Origin: an uncultured Nitrososphaerales archaeon
GTDB lineage: Archaea > Thermoproteota > Nitrososphaeria > Nitrososphaerales > Gagatemarchaeaceae
Reading direction: 5' to 3'
Length of the DNA: 64,000 nt
Assembly (NCBI GenBank): GCA_963706445.1
Contig: OY970160.1
Location: 352,001-416,000, forward strand
Shown: piece after piece, positions 19,768 through 29,472 of the stretch
How positions within the stretch are numbered: position 1 is the stretch's first letter
Layout of the letters: every line of letters begins with the position of its first letter
Made by a program: the position numbers and the translations under genes
The notes under the pieces: generated by a model
What the model saw: the letters and a program-made list of their open reading frames with translations, nothing else
Database searches by the model: none
What the model was told of the DNA's origin: nothing

Positions 19768-20232
19768 ATGGGTCTACTCCTCGTCGTGAACATCCACGGG
19801 CAGATCAACAGCTCGGCCCCCGTAAGAAAGTCGCTGAACGAGCTCTGGGTTGCGAGGAAATTCTCAGCTACTGTGGTCACCGACGACGTCCCGACCGTGG
19901 GGATGCTCAGGCTCTGCAAGGACTACGTGTCCTGGTGCCCCATAGACGAAGGGCTCCTGTCGGACCTCCTCGAGAAGCGCGGAATGGTCAGCTCCTCAAA
20001 GTCCCTGGACCAGGGCTCCCTGAAGACTCTCGGGTACAAGAAGACCGAGGACCTCGCGGCGAAGATGGTCAAGGACCAGGTGAGGCTTTCTCTCGTGCCG
20101 GGGGTGCTCCCGTACTTCAGACTCGCACCGCCGAGGGGAGGGTTCAAGGTCTCCATGCGCAGGCAGGCGACGGAGCGCGGCATGCTCGGCAAAAACCCGA
20201 ACCTCGTGGGGATAGTCAGGAGGATGTTCTGA
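19768..20232 (+). CDS. rpl30: 50S ribosomal protein L30 (uL30)
   Basis: C-terminal part of ORF 19396..20232; FRLAPPRGG; ATG at 19768. Confidence 0.92.
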   Translation: MGLLLVVNIHGQINSSAPVRKSLNELWVARKFSATVVTDDVPTVGMLRLCKDYVSWCPIDEGLLSDLLEKRGMVSSSKSLDQGSLKTLGYKKTEDLAAKMVKDQVRLSLVPGVLPYFRLAPPRGGFKVSMRRQATERGMLGKNPNLVGIVRRMF

Positions 20233-20233
20233 A

Positions 20234-20638
20234 TTGCCGACCAGGGCTCGCAAGGCAAGGCGATACCGAGGAATGAGGACCCACGGCTACGGCCAGATAG
20301 GACAGCACCGCCACTCCGGGAAGCAGGGAGGGCACGGCAACGCCGGCCTGCACAAGCACAAATGGAGCTGGCTCATACAGAACGACCCGGACCACTTCGG
20401 AAGAGACCCGTTCAGGCCTCCGAGCTATTACGTCCGCCCTGACAAGTGGGTGAACGTCGGCAAGCTCGACGGGCTCGCCAAGGGAGCGAAATCCCTCGAC
20501 CTGAAATCGATGGGCATAGGCAAGCTCCTCGGGTCAGGAGAGGTGGGCCAGGCCTACGAAATCAGGGTCGACTCCTACACCAAGAAAGCTCAGGCTAAAA
20601 TAGAGGCCGCGGGCGGAAAAATAGTGGTAGAGGAGTAG
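20234..20638 (+). CDS. rpl15: 50S ribosomal protein L15
   Basis: RGMRTHGYG, GGHGNAG, KLLGSG, KIEAAGG. Confidence 0.96.
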   Translation: MPTRARKARRYRGMRTHGYGQIGQHRHSGKQGGHGNAGLHKHKWSWLIQNDPDHFGRDPFRPPSYYVRPDKWVNVGKLDGLAKGAKSLDLKSMGIGKLLGSGEVGQAYEIRVDSYTKKAQAKIEAAGGKIVVEE

Positions 20639-20648
20639 GCCTCAGCCA

Positions 20649-22088
20649 TTGGCTTCAGTCCGCGAATTCATCAAGAGCGTAGGCACCGTTCTTCCTGAAA
20701 TCCCGAAGCCCGAGCGGAAGCCTTCGCTGAATGAGAGGTTCATCTGGACAGGCATGGCCCTCATCGCCTACCTTGTGATGGCGACGACCCCGCTCTACGG
20801 ATTCACCGGAGTCGGCCAGAACGACCAGCTCGCCTTCCTCAGGGTAGTCTTCGCCTCCACTCAGGGGACACTCATGGAGCTGGGAATCGGCCCCATCGTC
20901 ACGTCGGGGCTCATCCTGCAGCTCCTCGTAGGCAGCGACATCATCAAGCTGGACATGAGCGACCCCGCCGACAGGGCGGTCTTCGGATCCGCGACGAAGA
21001 TGCTCACCCTTATCGTCATAGTGGGAGAGTCCTTCGCCTACATCTACGGGGGTGCCCTCGGCTCCCTCTCCTCCAACCAGGAGATCGTCATATTCATCCA
21101 ATTGTTCATAGCGAGCCTGTTTGTCCTCCTGCTCGACGAGCTCATCCAGAAGGGGTGGGGCATTGGGAGCGGGGTCAGCCTGTTCATCCTGGCAGGCGTC
21201 TGCCAGACCGTCCTCTGGTACACCTTCTCCCCGATCAAGTTCGCACTTACATCCACGACACAGGCTTACTTCGGCTTCATCCCGGCCACCATCGACGCTT
21301 TCTTCAACAACAACGTGGGGAGCGTGATTATCAGGGAGTTCAAGTATCCGAGTCTCCTTACATTCACCCTCACCATTGTGATGCTCCTCGTACTGATCTA
21401 CATCGAGGGGATAAGGGTCGAGCTCCCGATCACGTCGATAAAGTACAGAGGCTTCCAGGGGGTCTACCCAATCAAGCTCCTCTACGTGTCGAACATCCCT
21501 GTCATCCTCGTCTCGGCCCTTGGCGCCAACGTGACGTTCTTCTCTAGGATACTAAACAACTACTTCGGGGCCAACCCTCCTTGGTGGTTGGGATACATCG
21601 CCGTGTTCCCGCCCGCGACCGCCAACTCGACATCGACCAGCTCCTTCCCGATAGCCGGCATAACCTACTACATGACCGCCCCTCAGTCGGTGAGCCAGAC
21701 AGTAGGGGACCCGATCCACTCAGTGATCTACCTCCTCTACCTCGTGGGAATGGCCGTGCTGTTCGCCCGTCTCTGGGTAGAGATAGGCGGGCTGAACCCC
21801 AAGGCAGTCGCGAAGAACCTCATGGACGCCGACGTCCAGGTCCCCGGGTTCAGGCGGACGGGGCTGTCCATCGAGCAGATGCTCAACAGATACATCCCCA
21901 CGCTGACAATCATAGGAGGCATCTTAATCGGCTTGGTAGCCGGGGTCTCTGACCTCTTCGGAGTCTTCGGCACGGGCATAGGCATACTGCTGATGGTCGA
22001 CATCATCCTCCAGTACTATCAGATGCTGCTCAAGGAGCAAGTGGAGGAGGTATCTCCCGCCTTGGCAGGACTGATAGGAGCTGGCTAG
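20649..22088 (+). CDS. secY: Preprotein translocase SecY
   Basis: LMELGIGPIVT, PIKLLYVSNIP, PGFRR, GTGIGILL. Confidence 0.97.
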   Translation: MASVREFIKSVGTVLPEIPKPERKPSLNERFIWTGMALIAYLVMATTPLYGFTGVGQNDQLAFLRVVFASTQGTLMELGIGPIVTSGLILQLLVGSDIIKLDMSDPADRAVFGSATKMLTLIVIVGESFAYIYGGALGSLSSNQEIVIFIQLFIASLFVLLLDELIQKGWGIGSGVSLFILAGVCQTVLWYTFSPIKFALTSTTQAYFGFIPATIDAFFNNNVGSVIIREFKYPSLLTFTLTIVMLLVLIYIEGIRVELPITSIKYRGFQGVYPIKLLYVSNIPVILVSALGANVTFFSRILNNYFGANPPWWLGYIAVFPPATANSTSTSSFPIAGITYYMTAPQSVSQTVGDPIHSVIYLLYLVGMAVLFARLWVEIGGLNPKAVAKNLMDADVQVPGFRRTGLSIEQMLNRYIPTLTIIGGILIGLVAGVSDLFGVFGTGIGILLMVDIILQYYQMLLKEQVEEVSPALAGLIGAG

Positions 22089-22091
22089 CAA

Positions 22092-22664
22092 GTGGCGCTA
22101 AGGGCAATCGTGGTCGGAATCCCGGGCGTCGGGAAGACGACGGTCGTCCAGGGGGTCGTGTCGGGGTTCCAAGGAGCCAGGCTTGTCAACTTCGGCACTG
22201 TGATGCTCGAAGCAGCCCACTCGCTGAAGTGGGTCAAGAACAGAGACGAGATGAGGAAGATGACCGTCGAGAAGCAGAAGCGCATCCAGAAGCTGGCGGC
22301 GGCGAAGATCGCCAAGATGGGGGGCAAAGCCATACTCGTGGACACCCATCTCTTCATCCGGACCGAGGAAGGGTTCTGGCCGGGGCTCCCCTTCGAGGTC
22401 GTCAGGGCCATGAAGCCTACCCACCTGATCCTGGTTGAGGCGACTCCGGAGGAGATCGTAAAGCGGAGGGAGGCCGACGCCTCGAGGTACCGGGACGCCA
22501 TCACAAAAGAGGACCTCGCCGAGGAGCTCGAGCTCGCGAGAAGCTTCATGACAGTCGCTTCGACCCTCACGGGGGCCCCGATGTTCATCGTAAGGAACGA
22601 GCAGGGCAAGAACGAGCAGGTCGCTCGTCGCCTCGTCAGGATGCTGGAGGGGGCGAAGAAGTGA
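22092..22664 (+). CDS. adkA: Archaeal adenylate kinase
   Basis: GIPGVGKTT, VNFG, DTH, PGLP; follows secY. Confidence 0.95.
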   Translation: MALRAIVVGIPGVGKTTVVQGVVSGFQGARLVNFGTVMLEAAHSLKWVKNRDEMRKMTVEKQKRIQKLAAAKIAKMGGKAILVDTHLFIRTEEGFWPGLPFEVVRAMKPTHLILVEATPEEIVKRREADASRYRDAITKEDLAEELELARSFMTVASTLTGAPMFIVRNEQGKNEQVARRLVRMLEGAKK

Positions 22665-23566
22665 AATCCAACAAGAACAAGGCCGCCCCCTCGAAGTCGA
22701 ACTTCAGAATCCTGAACTACATCCTGATTGCTGTCCTCGCGGGCATCGTAGTCTATGTCCTCGTCCTCCCCTCGTTCACTCCCCACAACGCCACGACCAC
22801 TACCACCACGACCAACGCCAACGCGGCCACGATCTCGCTAACTCCGGGTACCGACATCGCAGGGACCATGGTGACAATATCCGGCCAGATGCTTGCCCCG
22901 AACCAGAACATCTCTGTCACGTTCAACACAACGACGATTCCGTTCAGCGCCCTGAATGGAACCTGCACCACGTCGTCTTCGGGCGTGCTGGCCAGCTGCA
23001 ACTTCTGGGTCCCGAACGACCCGCCGGCTGGCTACTCCCTCACGGTCAGAGCCGGATCTACCTTGGGCCAGGCGAAGTTCACGATACCTCAGTACTCTCC
23101 TCCTGTCTCTACCGTGATCGTCACCCTGACTTCAGTTTCCCTCGGGTTCGTCACCCAGCTCGTCACAAGGCGCGTCGTCGACCTTGGCAAGGAGAGGAGG
23201 ATGAGGGCCGAGGTCTCCGCGTTCCAGAAGGAAAAGCAGGAAGCGACGAAGGCGGGAGATAAGGTCAAGCTGGAGAAGCTGAAGAAGCGCGAGCTGGCCG
23301 TCCGCTCGGAGCAGGCTAAGGTGTCGACCGCTAGGCTAAAGGTGACTGGGATCACTTTCGTCCCACTGCTCGTGGTCTACTACCTGATGGCGACCTTCCT
23401 CGGCGGCTACGGGGTCATCGTCGCCTACACCCCCATACCGATACCAATCATCGCAGCCCCGACCCTGATCGCAGGGAGGTTCGAAGTGAGCCTCTTCTGG
23501 TGGTACTTCCTCAGCTCCTTCACCTTCTCGACCATGCTGAGCAGGCTGTTGCACACCACCCCATAG
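22661..23566 (+). CDS. DUF106/EMC3/TMCO1 (Oxa1 superfamily) membrane protein with N-terminal TM and Ig-like extension
   Basis: Canonical adk-DUF106-cmk position; TM, coiled coil, TM, then 'FWWYFLSSF' C-terminal motif. Confidence 0.85.
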   Translation: MKSNKNKAAPSKSNFRILNYILIAVLAGIVVYVLVLPSFTPHNATTTTTTTNANAATISLTPGTDIAGTMVTISGQMLAPNQNISVTFNTTTIPFSALNGTCTTSSSGVLASCNFWVPNDPPAGYSLTVRAGSTLGQAKFTIPQYSPPVSTVIVTLTSVSLGFVTQLVTRRVVDLGKERRMRAEVSAFQKEKQEATKAGDKVKLEKLKKRELAVRSEQAKVSTARLKVTGITFVPLLVVYYLMATFLGGYGVIVAYTPIPIPIIAAPTLIAGRFEVSLFWWYFLSSFTFSTMLSRLLHTTP

Positions 23567-23576
23567 AGTGGACGGC

Positions 23577-24137
23577 ATGGATGCGATCATCATCTCAGGG
23601 ATGCCGGCGGTCGGCAAGACTACCGTCTCAAGGAAGGTCGCCGACGCCCTGAAGATCCCCCTGGTCGGAGGAGGGGACGTCCTCAAGGAGATGGCCGTGG
23701 AGGAGGGGTACACCCCCGGAGGAGAGGACTGGTGGGACAAGGGAGAAGGGATGAAGTTCCTGCAGGAGAGGAAGAGGTCCTCGGACTTCGACAAGGAAGT
23801 CGACGCCAGGCTGCTTGAGAAGGCGAAGAAGGGGGACGTGGTCATCACAAGCTACCCTGTCCCCTGGTTGACGGAGGTCGGGGTGAAGGTGTGGCTGTCA
23901 GGGAGCGTCAAGAGCCGGGCCGCAAGGATGTCAAGACGGGACGGGCTCTCCATCGCGAAATGCAAGGAAGTCCTGTCTGTAAGGGACACCGAGAACTACA
24001 AGCTCTACAAGAAGATCTACGGAATCGAGTTCGGCAAAGACCTCGCCCCCTTCGACCTCGTGGTGGAGACCGATTCCATCGACGAGGGCAAGGTCGCGCA
24101 GATAGTGATCCGCTACATGAAGAAAAGGAGGGACTGA
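23577..24137 (+). CDS. cmk: Cytidylate kinase, archaeal type
   Basis: IIISGMPAVGKTT, DKEVD, YKKIYGI. Confidence 0.9.
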   Translation: MDAIIISGMPAVGKTTVSRKVADALKIPLVGGGDVLKEMAVEEGYTPGGEDWWDKGEGMKFLQERKRSSDFDKEVDARLLEKAKKGDVVITSYPVPWLTEVGVKVWLSGSVKSRAARMSRRDGLSIAKCKEVLSVRDTENYKLYKKIYGIEFGKDLAPFDLVVETDSIDEGKVAQIVIRYMKKRRD

Positions 24138-24138
24138 G

Positions 24139-25185
24139 ATGTCGCCCCGCAGCATGGTGATTCTCGACGAAGAGCCCACAGACAAGGAACACGGATGGTC
24201 CCCGTCGACCCGCCCGCTGGCTCAGATGCTCGAATACGGCCTGGTGGCCCTCGACAAGCCTCGGGGCCCCACCTCTCATGAGGTGGTCGCCTGGACCAAG
24301 AAGCTCCTTGGCGTTGAGAAGGCAGGGCACAGCGGGACCCTAGACCCTCCGGTCTCCGGGCTCCTTCCGATTGGGTTCGGCCAGTCCACCAGGGCCCTGA
24401 GCCTGCTCCTCCTCTTCCCGAAGGAGTACAGGGGGGTAATGCGCCTCCATTCTTCTGTCCCACGGAAGCAGCTTGACGGGGTGGTCTCCGAGTTCACCGG
24501 CGAGATCTTCCAGAGGCCTCCTCAGCGCTCCTCGGTCAGCAGGCAGACGAGGAGTAGGACAATCTACGAGTTCGAGCTGACAGAATCAGCGGGGAACCTT
24601 TTCCTCTTCCGGGTCCTGTGCCAGTCGGGGACGTACATCAGGAAGCTCGTCTACGACATCGGCGAGGTGCTCAGCGTCGGCGCCACGATGGTAGAGCTGA
24701 GGAGGACCAAGGTGGGTCCGCTCACCGAGGAGAAAGGATTCGTGACCCTGCACCAGCTGAACGACGCCATGTTCAGGCTCAAGGGCGGGGACGAGGCACC
24801 ACTCCGGAGGCTGGTCATGCCCGTCGAGGACTCCCTGGGGGACATCGGCAAGATCGTCGTCAGGGACTCCGCCGTCGACGCCATCTGCCACGGAGCGAGA
24901 CTGGGAATGCCCGGGGTACTCTCTTTCACCGAGGGGGTGAAGAAGGACGACACAGTTGCGATCCTGAGCTCTAAGCGGGAGCTCGTGGCAATCGGGAAAG
25001 CGCTCATGGCCACGGAGGAGATGAGAGGTCTTCAGAGAGGGCTGGCAGCGTCAACCGATAGGGTCGTCATGAAGGCAGGGACCTACCCGCGCCTCTGGAA
25101 GAGCCATTCCAAAGGGAAGAAGAGCCGTAGCAGTGACGCTAAGCCTGGCGTGACCGCCGCGGGCCAGAAGAAGACCTTGCCCTGA
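24139..25185 (+). CDS. cbf5: H/ACA RNA-guided pseudouridine synthase Cbf5 (TruB + PUA)
   Basis: DKPRGPTSHEV, GHSGTLDP, SGTYIR, PUA 'SAVDAICHGA'. Confidence 0.96.
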   Translation: MSPRSMVILDEEPTDKEHGWSPSTRPLAQMLEYGLVALDKPRGPTSHEVVAWTKKLLGVEKAGHSGTLDPPVSGLLPIGFGQSTRALSLLLLFPKEYRGVMRLHSSVPRKQLDGVVSEFTGEIFQRPPQRSSVSRQTRSRTIYEFELTESAGNLFLFRVLCQSGTYIRKLVYDIGEVLSVGATMVELRRTKVGPLTEEKGFVTLHQLNDAMFRLKGGDEAPLRRLVMPVEDSLGDIGKIVVRDSAVDAICHGARLGMPGVLSFTEGVKKDDTVAILSSKRELVAIGKALMATEEMRGLQRGLAASTDRVVMKAGTYPRLWKSHSKGKKSRSSDAKPGVTAAGQKKTLP

Positions 25186-25234
25186 CCCAGCGAAGCTGTT
25201 GAGGTTTTAAACCGCGGTCGGAGGCCCAGCGAAC

Positions 25235-25350
25235 GCCGGGATCGCCTAATCTGGTAGGGCGCAGATTCCTATAGCGCAAGCCTGGAAAAACCCAAGCCAG
25301 TTAGCCTGTCTCGAGAAATCGGGATCTGGGTTCAAATCCCAGTCCCGGCG
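25235..25350 (+). tRNA. tRNA-Ser(GGA) with two introns (29/30: 25265-25279; 37/38: 25288-25302)
   Basis: Acceptor GCCGGGA/TCCCGGC plus discriminator G; T arm CTGGG-TTCAAAT-CCCAG; long variable arm CTCGA-GAAA-TCGGG; removing two 15-nt inserts restores CAGGC-CTGGAAA-GCCTG. Confidence 0.92.
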
Positions 25351-25524
25351 CTCAAGCTCATCGCCTCTGATTCCATTCATCGCCGATGAAACCTACCTGT
25401 CACTCCCTTGCGAAGTCGGGTCCGCGGTCGAGCTTGTCAAAGGCGCCTCGGGCGAGGTCAGGAGGTTGCTGGGGTCCAGCCTCACTAGCCGAAAGAGCGG
25501 CTCGACGAACGGAACGAATCACCG

Positions 25525-26544
25525 CTAGTTCTTGAAGACCCAGGATAGGTCCGGCGGGTCCGCCCGCCCTCCCGCCTTCTCGTTGAGCGCATGGGCCACG
25601 AGCGGCAGCGCCAGCGTGATGTCCGCGTAGAGCGTGGCTCTCTTCGAGTCAGTCGCTATCTTCCCCCAGCTTATGGCCTCCTCGAGTGTGCACCCCGAGA
25701 GCCCACCCCACTGCGGGCTGTCCGCCGTTATCTGGATTGCAAATTCGTGGGGGGTCTCCTCTTCCCCTCCCTTCGAGAGTGATTTGATTATGGTAGCCAG
25801 CTGGATCGTGTCCTTGGGGACCCCGCCTCCCAGGTAGACAACCCCAGTGCGCTTCGTCCTCTCTGCTATCTGAGCCAGTTCTTCCATGTCCTTCGTCTGG
25901 TCCAGCCGGATCATCTTCCCCTTCTCGCGCCTTAAGAGGCTCAGGGCCACTCCATAGCCGCTGTCTATCAGCCCCGGAGAGTAGACCGGGACCTTGGCCT
26001 TGTAGGCCGCTGCGGTTATGCTGCTGATGCCATGCTTGGACTGGAACTCCCCAAACCCATAGAGGAACTCCCTCGTCGAGTAGATTTTCTTCTCATCCAG
26101 GGTGTTGGCGTATCTGTAGATAGTCCTCTCCAGTTTTCTGTACTGCATCTCGTCCGCATAGACGTCATAGAACCTGTCCACCTTCATCCTAAGCAGCTTT
26201 TCGTCGTTTGCCAGCCAGGTCCCCTGGTAATAGTGGTACCCGATGGCCTCAAGGATGTCCTCCGAGATGTTCGCCCCGGTGCTCACCAGGACGTCGACGT
26301 ACCTGTTCTCTATGAGCCATCTGATCAGCTTCCACTGGCCGGTGGTGCTCAGTGACCCTGTTATCCCCATGAAAATGGTCAGTCCCTTCGCCTTTGCCAT
26401 CTGAGTCCAGATCTTCGCCACCTCCCCGAGCTTCTTCCCCTGGAATCCGGTCTGAGACATCTCGTCCAACAAACCGGAGATGCTCTTCTTCCCGACTTCT
26501 ATGGTCGCAACTGGTTTCGAAAGGATTTCCTTCTTTGATACCAC
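25525..26544 (-). CDS. dhs: Deoxyhypusine synthase (DHS family)
   Basis: TGFQG, STGAN, GGGVPK, GGLSGCTLEEAISWGK, DITLALPL. Confidence 0.92.
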   Translation of the reverse strand: MVSKKEILSKPVATIEVGKKSISGLLDEMSQTGFQGKKLGEVAKIWTQMAKAKGLTIFMGITGSLSTTGQWKLIRWLIENRYVDVLVSTGANISEDILEAIGYHYYQGTWLANDEKLLRMKVDRFYDVYADEMQYRKLERTIYRYANTLDEKKIYSTREFLYGFGEFQSKHGISSITAAAYKAKVPVYSPGLIDSGYGVALSLLRREKGKMIRLDQTKDMEELAQIAERTKRTGVVYLGGGVPKDTIQLATIIKSLSKGGEEETPHEFAIQITADSPQWGGLSGCTLEEAISWGKIATDSKRATLYADITLALPLVAHALNEKAGGRADPPDLSWVFKN

Positions 26545-26598
26545 GTCAGGGTGTCTACTGACTTTGCTTAATTGTCTTGTGAGTCGGCCTCGCCTATC

Positions 26599-28365
26599 TT
26601 ACTTGACTGTCACGGATTTTGCCAAGTTCCTGGGGTAATCTGGATCGTTTCTCCGAGCAACCGACATATGATAGGCAAGCAGCTGGAGTGGAATCGCCTC
26701 CACGATGGGGGTGAACTTCGGCTGGGTCTTGGGCACGCGGACGAAGTGCCTGTAGACCTCGTCCTTCTTGTCCGATATCCCGATCACGTCGGCTCCCCTC
26801 GCCCTTAGCTCCTCCGCGTTGGACAGAGTATCAGCATGAAGCTCACCCGTCGGGTTCAGGACCACCACCGGGGTTCCTTTCTCGATGAGCGCCAGGGTCC
26901 CGTGCTTGAGCTCGCTCGCCGGCATCCCCTCGGCGTGTATGTACGACAGCTCCTTGAGCTTGAGCGCCCCTTCCATGGCCACCGGGCTCTCGTACCCCCT
27001 CGCGACGAAGTAAAAGTCGGGCCTGGTCCTGTACTCGTAGACCAGGTCCTGTATCTGCCCGTCGCACTTCAGCGCCTCGGCGACCGCATCCGACAGCTCC
27101 TTGAAGCCGTTCGACTTCTTCTTCCCAAGGACTGCGTCCACCACCATGTTAGCGACCACGACCTGGGCCGTGAAACTCTTCGTCGCGGCCACCCCAACCT
27201 CGGGCCCACAGTTCAACAGCAGCACCCCGTCGCTCTCCCTGGCCAGTGTCGAACCGGCCGCGTTCACGATCGAGAAGACCTCCGCTCCGTGCCTCTTCGC
27301 CTCCTTGACCGCCTCCATGACGTCGGCCGTCTCCCCGCTCTGGGAGAACGCAATGACGACCGAGCCTTTCGAAAGGAACCCAGCGTGCTCCTTCAACTCC
27401 CCGGCGACCACCGTGTCGACCCTGATGTTCGCCTCTTTGTTCAGCCTGAACTTCATCAGCAGCCCGGCATGATACGAAGTCCCCGAGGCAGTTATGTAGA
27501 GCGACTTTGCCTTCCTGATTGCCCTAGCGAAGGCCTCGACCTTCCCCTGGTCCTGGACGGACGCCGTCAGGACTGTCCTCGGCTGCTCGTTGATCTCCTT
27601 GAGCGTGTAGTGCGCGAAGTCCCTCTTCGACATGTCAGAAATCTCCCAGGCGACCTGGGTCGGCTTCCTCCTGACCTCCTTCCCGTTGGGGCCGACTATC
27701 CTGACTCTGTCCTTCGTTATCTCGACGACCTCGTAATTGTCGAGGAATATCGTCCGGTCTGTGTGGCCGATGAACGCGAGCACGTCGCTCGCCAGGAACA
27801 TCTTCTTGTCTCCGAGCCCCACGATGAGGGGCGCATCCTTGCGGGCCCCTACAATCATGTCGGGCCTGTCCTGGAACATCACGACTAGGGCATACTGTCC
27901 CTTCAACTTCTTTGTCGTCGCCAGGGTCGCCTTGAGCGGGTCTTTCGTCCGCTTGTATTCTTCTTCGACGATGTGCGCGATCACCTCTGTGTCTGTCTGG
28001 CTCCTGAACTTGTGGCCCCTGGCCGAGAGTGCCTTCTTCAGCGGGAGATAGTTCTCGATGATCCCATTGTGGATGACCGCCACCGACTCCCTGCAGGACG
28101 CGTGAGGGTGCGCGTTGAAGTTTGTCACGCCTCCGTGGGTCGCCCACCGAGTGTGCGCCATCCCTATGTTCCCTTTCATGGCTGACATGTGCTGGGCCTC
28201 TTCGATCTCATTCACCCTTCCCACCCCTTTGCGCACCGTCAGCGTCCCTTCGCTTATCGTGGCCATCCCGGCGGAGTCGTAGCCTCGGTACTCCACCCGC
28301 TTGAGCCCCTCAAGCAGAATGGCAGAAACCGGTTCTTCGGCTACGCAGCCTACGATGCCGCACAT
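26599..28365 (-). CDS. glmS: Glutamine-fructose-6-phosphate transaminase
   Basis: N-terminal MCGIVG (ATG at 28365), YRGYDSAG, HTRWATHG, SQSGETAD, PRNLAKSVT. Confidence 0.97.
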   Translation of the reverse strand: MCGIVGCVAEEPVSAILLEGLKRVEYRGYDSAGMATISEGTLTVRKGVGRVNEIEEAQHMSAMKGNIGMAHTRWATHGGVTNFNAHPHASCRESVAVIHNGIIENYLPLKKALSARGHKFRSQTDTEVIAHIVEEEYKRTKDPLKATLATTKKLKGQYALVVMFQDRPDMIVGARKDAPLIVGLGDKKMFLASDVLAFIGHTDRTIFLDNYEVVEITKDRVRIVGPNGKEVRRKPTQVAWEISDMSKRDFAHYTLKEINEQPRTVLTASVQDQGKVEAFARAIRKAKSLYITASGTSYHAGLLMKFRLNKEANIRVDTVVAGELKEHAGFLSKGSVVIAFSQSGETADVMEAVKEAKRHGAEVFSIVNAAGSTLARESDGVLLLNCGPEVGVAATKSFTAQVVVANMVVDAVLGKKKSNGFKELSDAVAEALKCDGQIQDLVYEYRTRPDFYFVARGYESPVAMEGALKLKELSYIHAEGMPASELKHGTLALIEKGTPVVVLNPTGELHADTLSNAEELRARGADVIGISDKKDEVYRHFVRVPKTQPKFTPIVEAIPLQLLAYHMSVARRNDPDYPRNLAKSVTVK

Positions 28366-28502
28366 TTGTCTGGCGAAACCATTGCACGCTCTATAAACCC
28401 CGGTAAACATCCTACTATACCCTGCAAACGCAGCTTTGCATGGAGCCGCTTCAACCGGTCCGCGGGTCAGCCTACCATGCAAAACTAATTATGTAGGGTG
28501 CC

Positions 28503-29468
28503 GTGAACCTCTTCCGCATGCCAAAGGAGAAGATCCTCTTCGACCCAAAGTCCGAGGCTGGGCTGGTCAAGCGGGTCCTTGTCTCTGACAAGCCGGATGG
28601 CTTCAGGCCTGCATCAGGTAAGGTCGGGCAGAAGATTCTCTCTCTTCTCTCCTCGGGACCGAAGTACCCTGCCGAGATGGCGAGGGCCCTGGGCGCCCAC
28701 CACCAGACCGTCTACTATCACATAGGCAGACTGGAGAAAGCAGGGCTTATCACGCGGGTCAGGAGCGAACAGATCCGCGGCGGGGAGGCGAACCTCTTCG
28801 CTCTGGCTTCGGACGGCTACGCGGTGGAGTTCCCGGTAAAGGGGGAGCAGATGCCCACGCTGAAATCCTCGGCCAGGTCGAAGGCCCTGGGCCGTTTCTT
28901 CAAGGAGTTCTTCAACAACGGTGAGTTCGACGGGTGGATAGTCGTCGGTTCTCCCCTGCAGCACGGGGAGGCGGGGACGCAGGCGAGGGACGGACATTAT
29001 GCGGTACAGTTGGGGTTCGCCCTCGGGCAGTTCGTCACCCTCCCATCGAATTTCCCGGTCAAGCTGGACGTGGACCTCCGCGCTGAGAAGCTCCTCGGCT
29101 CGAACCTGATCATCGTCGGGGGGCCTAGGACAAACGGGGTAGCGGAGGAGTTGAACCCCCATCTCAGTGTGCGGTTCAGCCAAGCCGGATTCTGGAGCAC
29201 CGTAGTCGACGAGAAGGGGAAGTCCTACGGCTCGGAGCTGGACTGCATCGTCGAGAAGGTGAGGAACCCCTGGGACCCGACGAAGACATGCATCATCGCC
29301 GCGGGGCTGACCGGGGCCGGGACCAAAGCTTCGATAATCGGGATCTGCAACTTCGCGGAGAGTGTCTTCCAAAAGTACCGGTCGGGGGACTACGCGGCCC
29401 TCCTCAGGGGAGTGGATAGAGACGGCGACGGAAAGGTCGACTCGGTCGAAGTCCTGAGACAGCTCTGA
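28503..29468 (+). CDS. ArsR-like winged-HTH protein with an uncharacterised C-terminal domain
   Basis: ILSLLS.GPKYPAEMARALG..HQTVYYHI.RLEKAGLI; C-domain NLIIVGGPRTN. Confidence 0.8.
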   Translation: MNLFRMPKEKILFDPKSEAGLVKRVLVSDKPDGFRPASGKVGQKILSLLSSGPKYPAEMARALGAHHQTVYYHIGRLEKAGLITRVRSEQIRGGEANLFALASDGYAVEFPVKGEQMPTLKSSARSKALGRFFKEFFNNGEFDGWIVVGSPLQHGEAGTQARDGHYAVQLGFALGQFVTLPSNFPVKLDVDLRAEKLLGSNLIIVGGPRTNGVAEELNPHLSVRFSQAGFWSTVVDEKGKSYGSELDCIVEKVRNPWDPTKTCIIAAGLTGAGTKASIIGICNFAESVFQKYRSGDYAALLRGVDRDGDGKVDSVEVLRQL

Positions 29469-29472
29469 GTGT

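Noticed and set aside
25351-25524. Possible integrated element or att site downstream of tRNA-Ser
   Set aside because: I found no integrase and no duplicate of the tRNA 3' end in the window.
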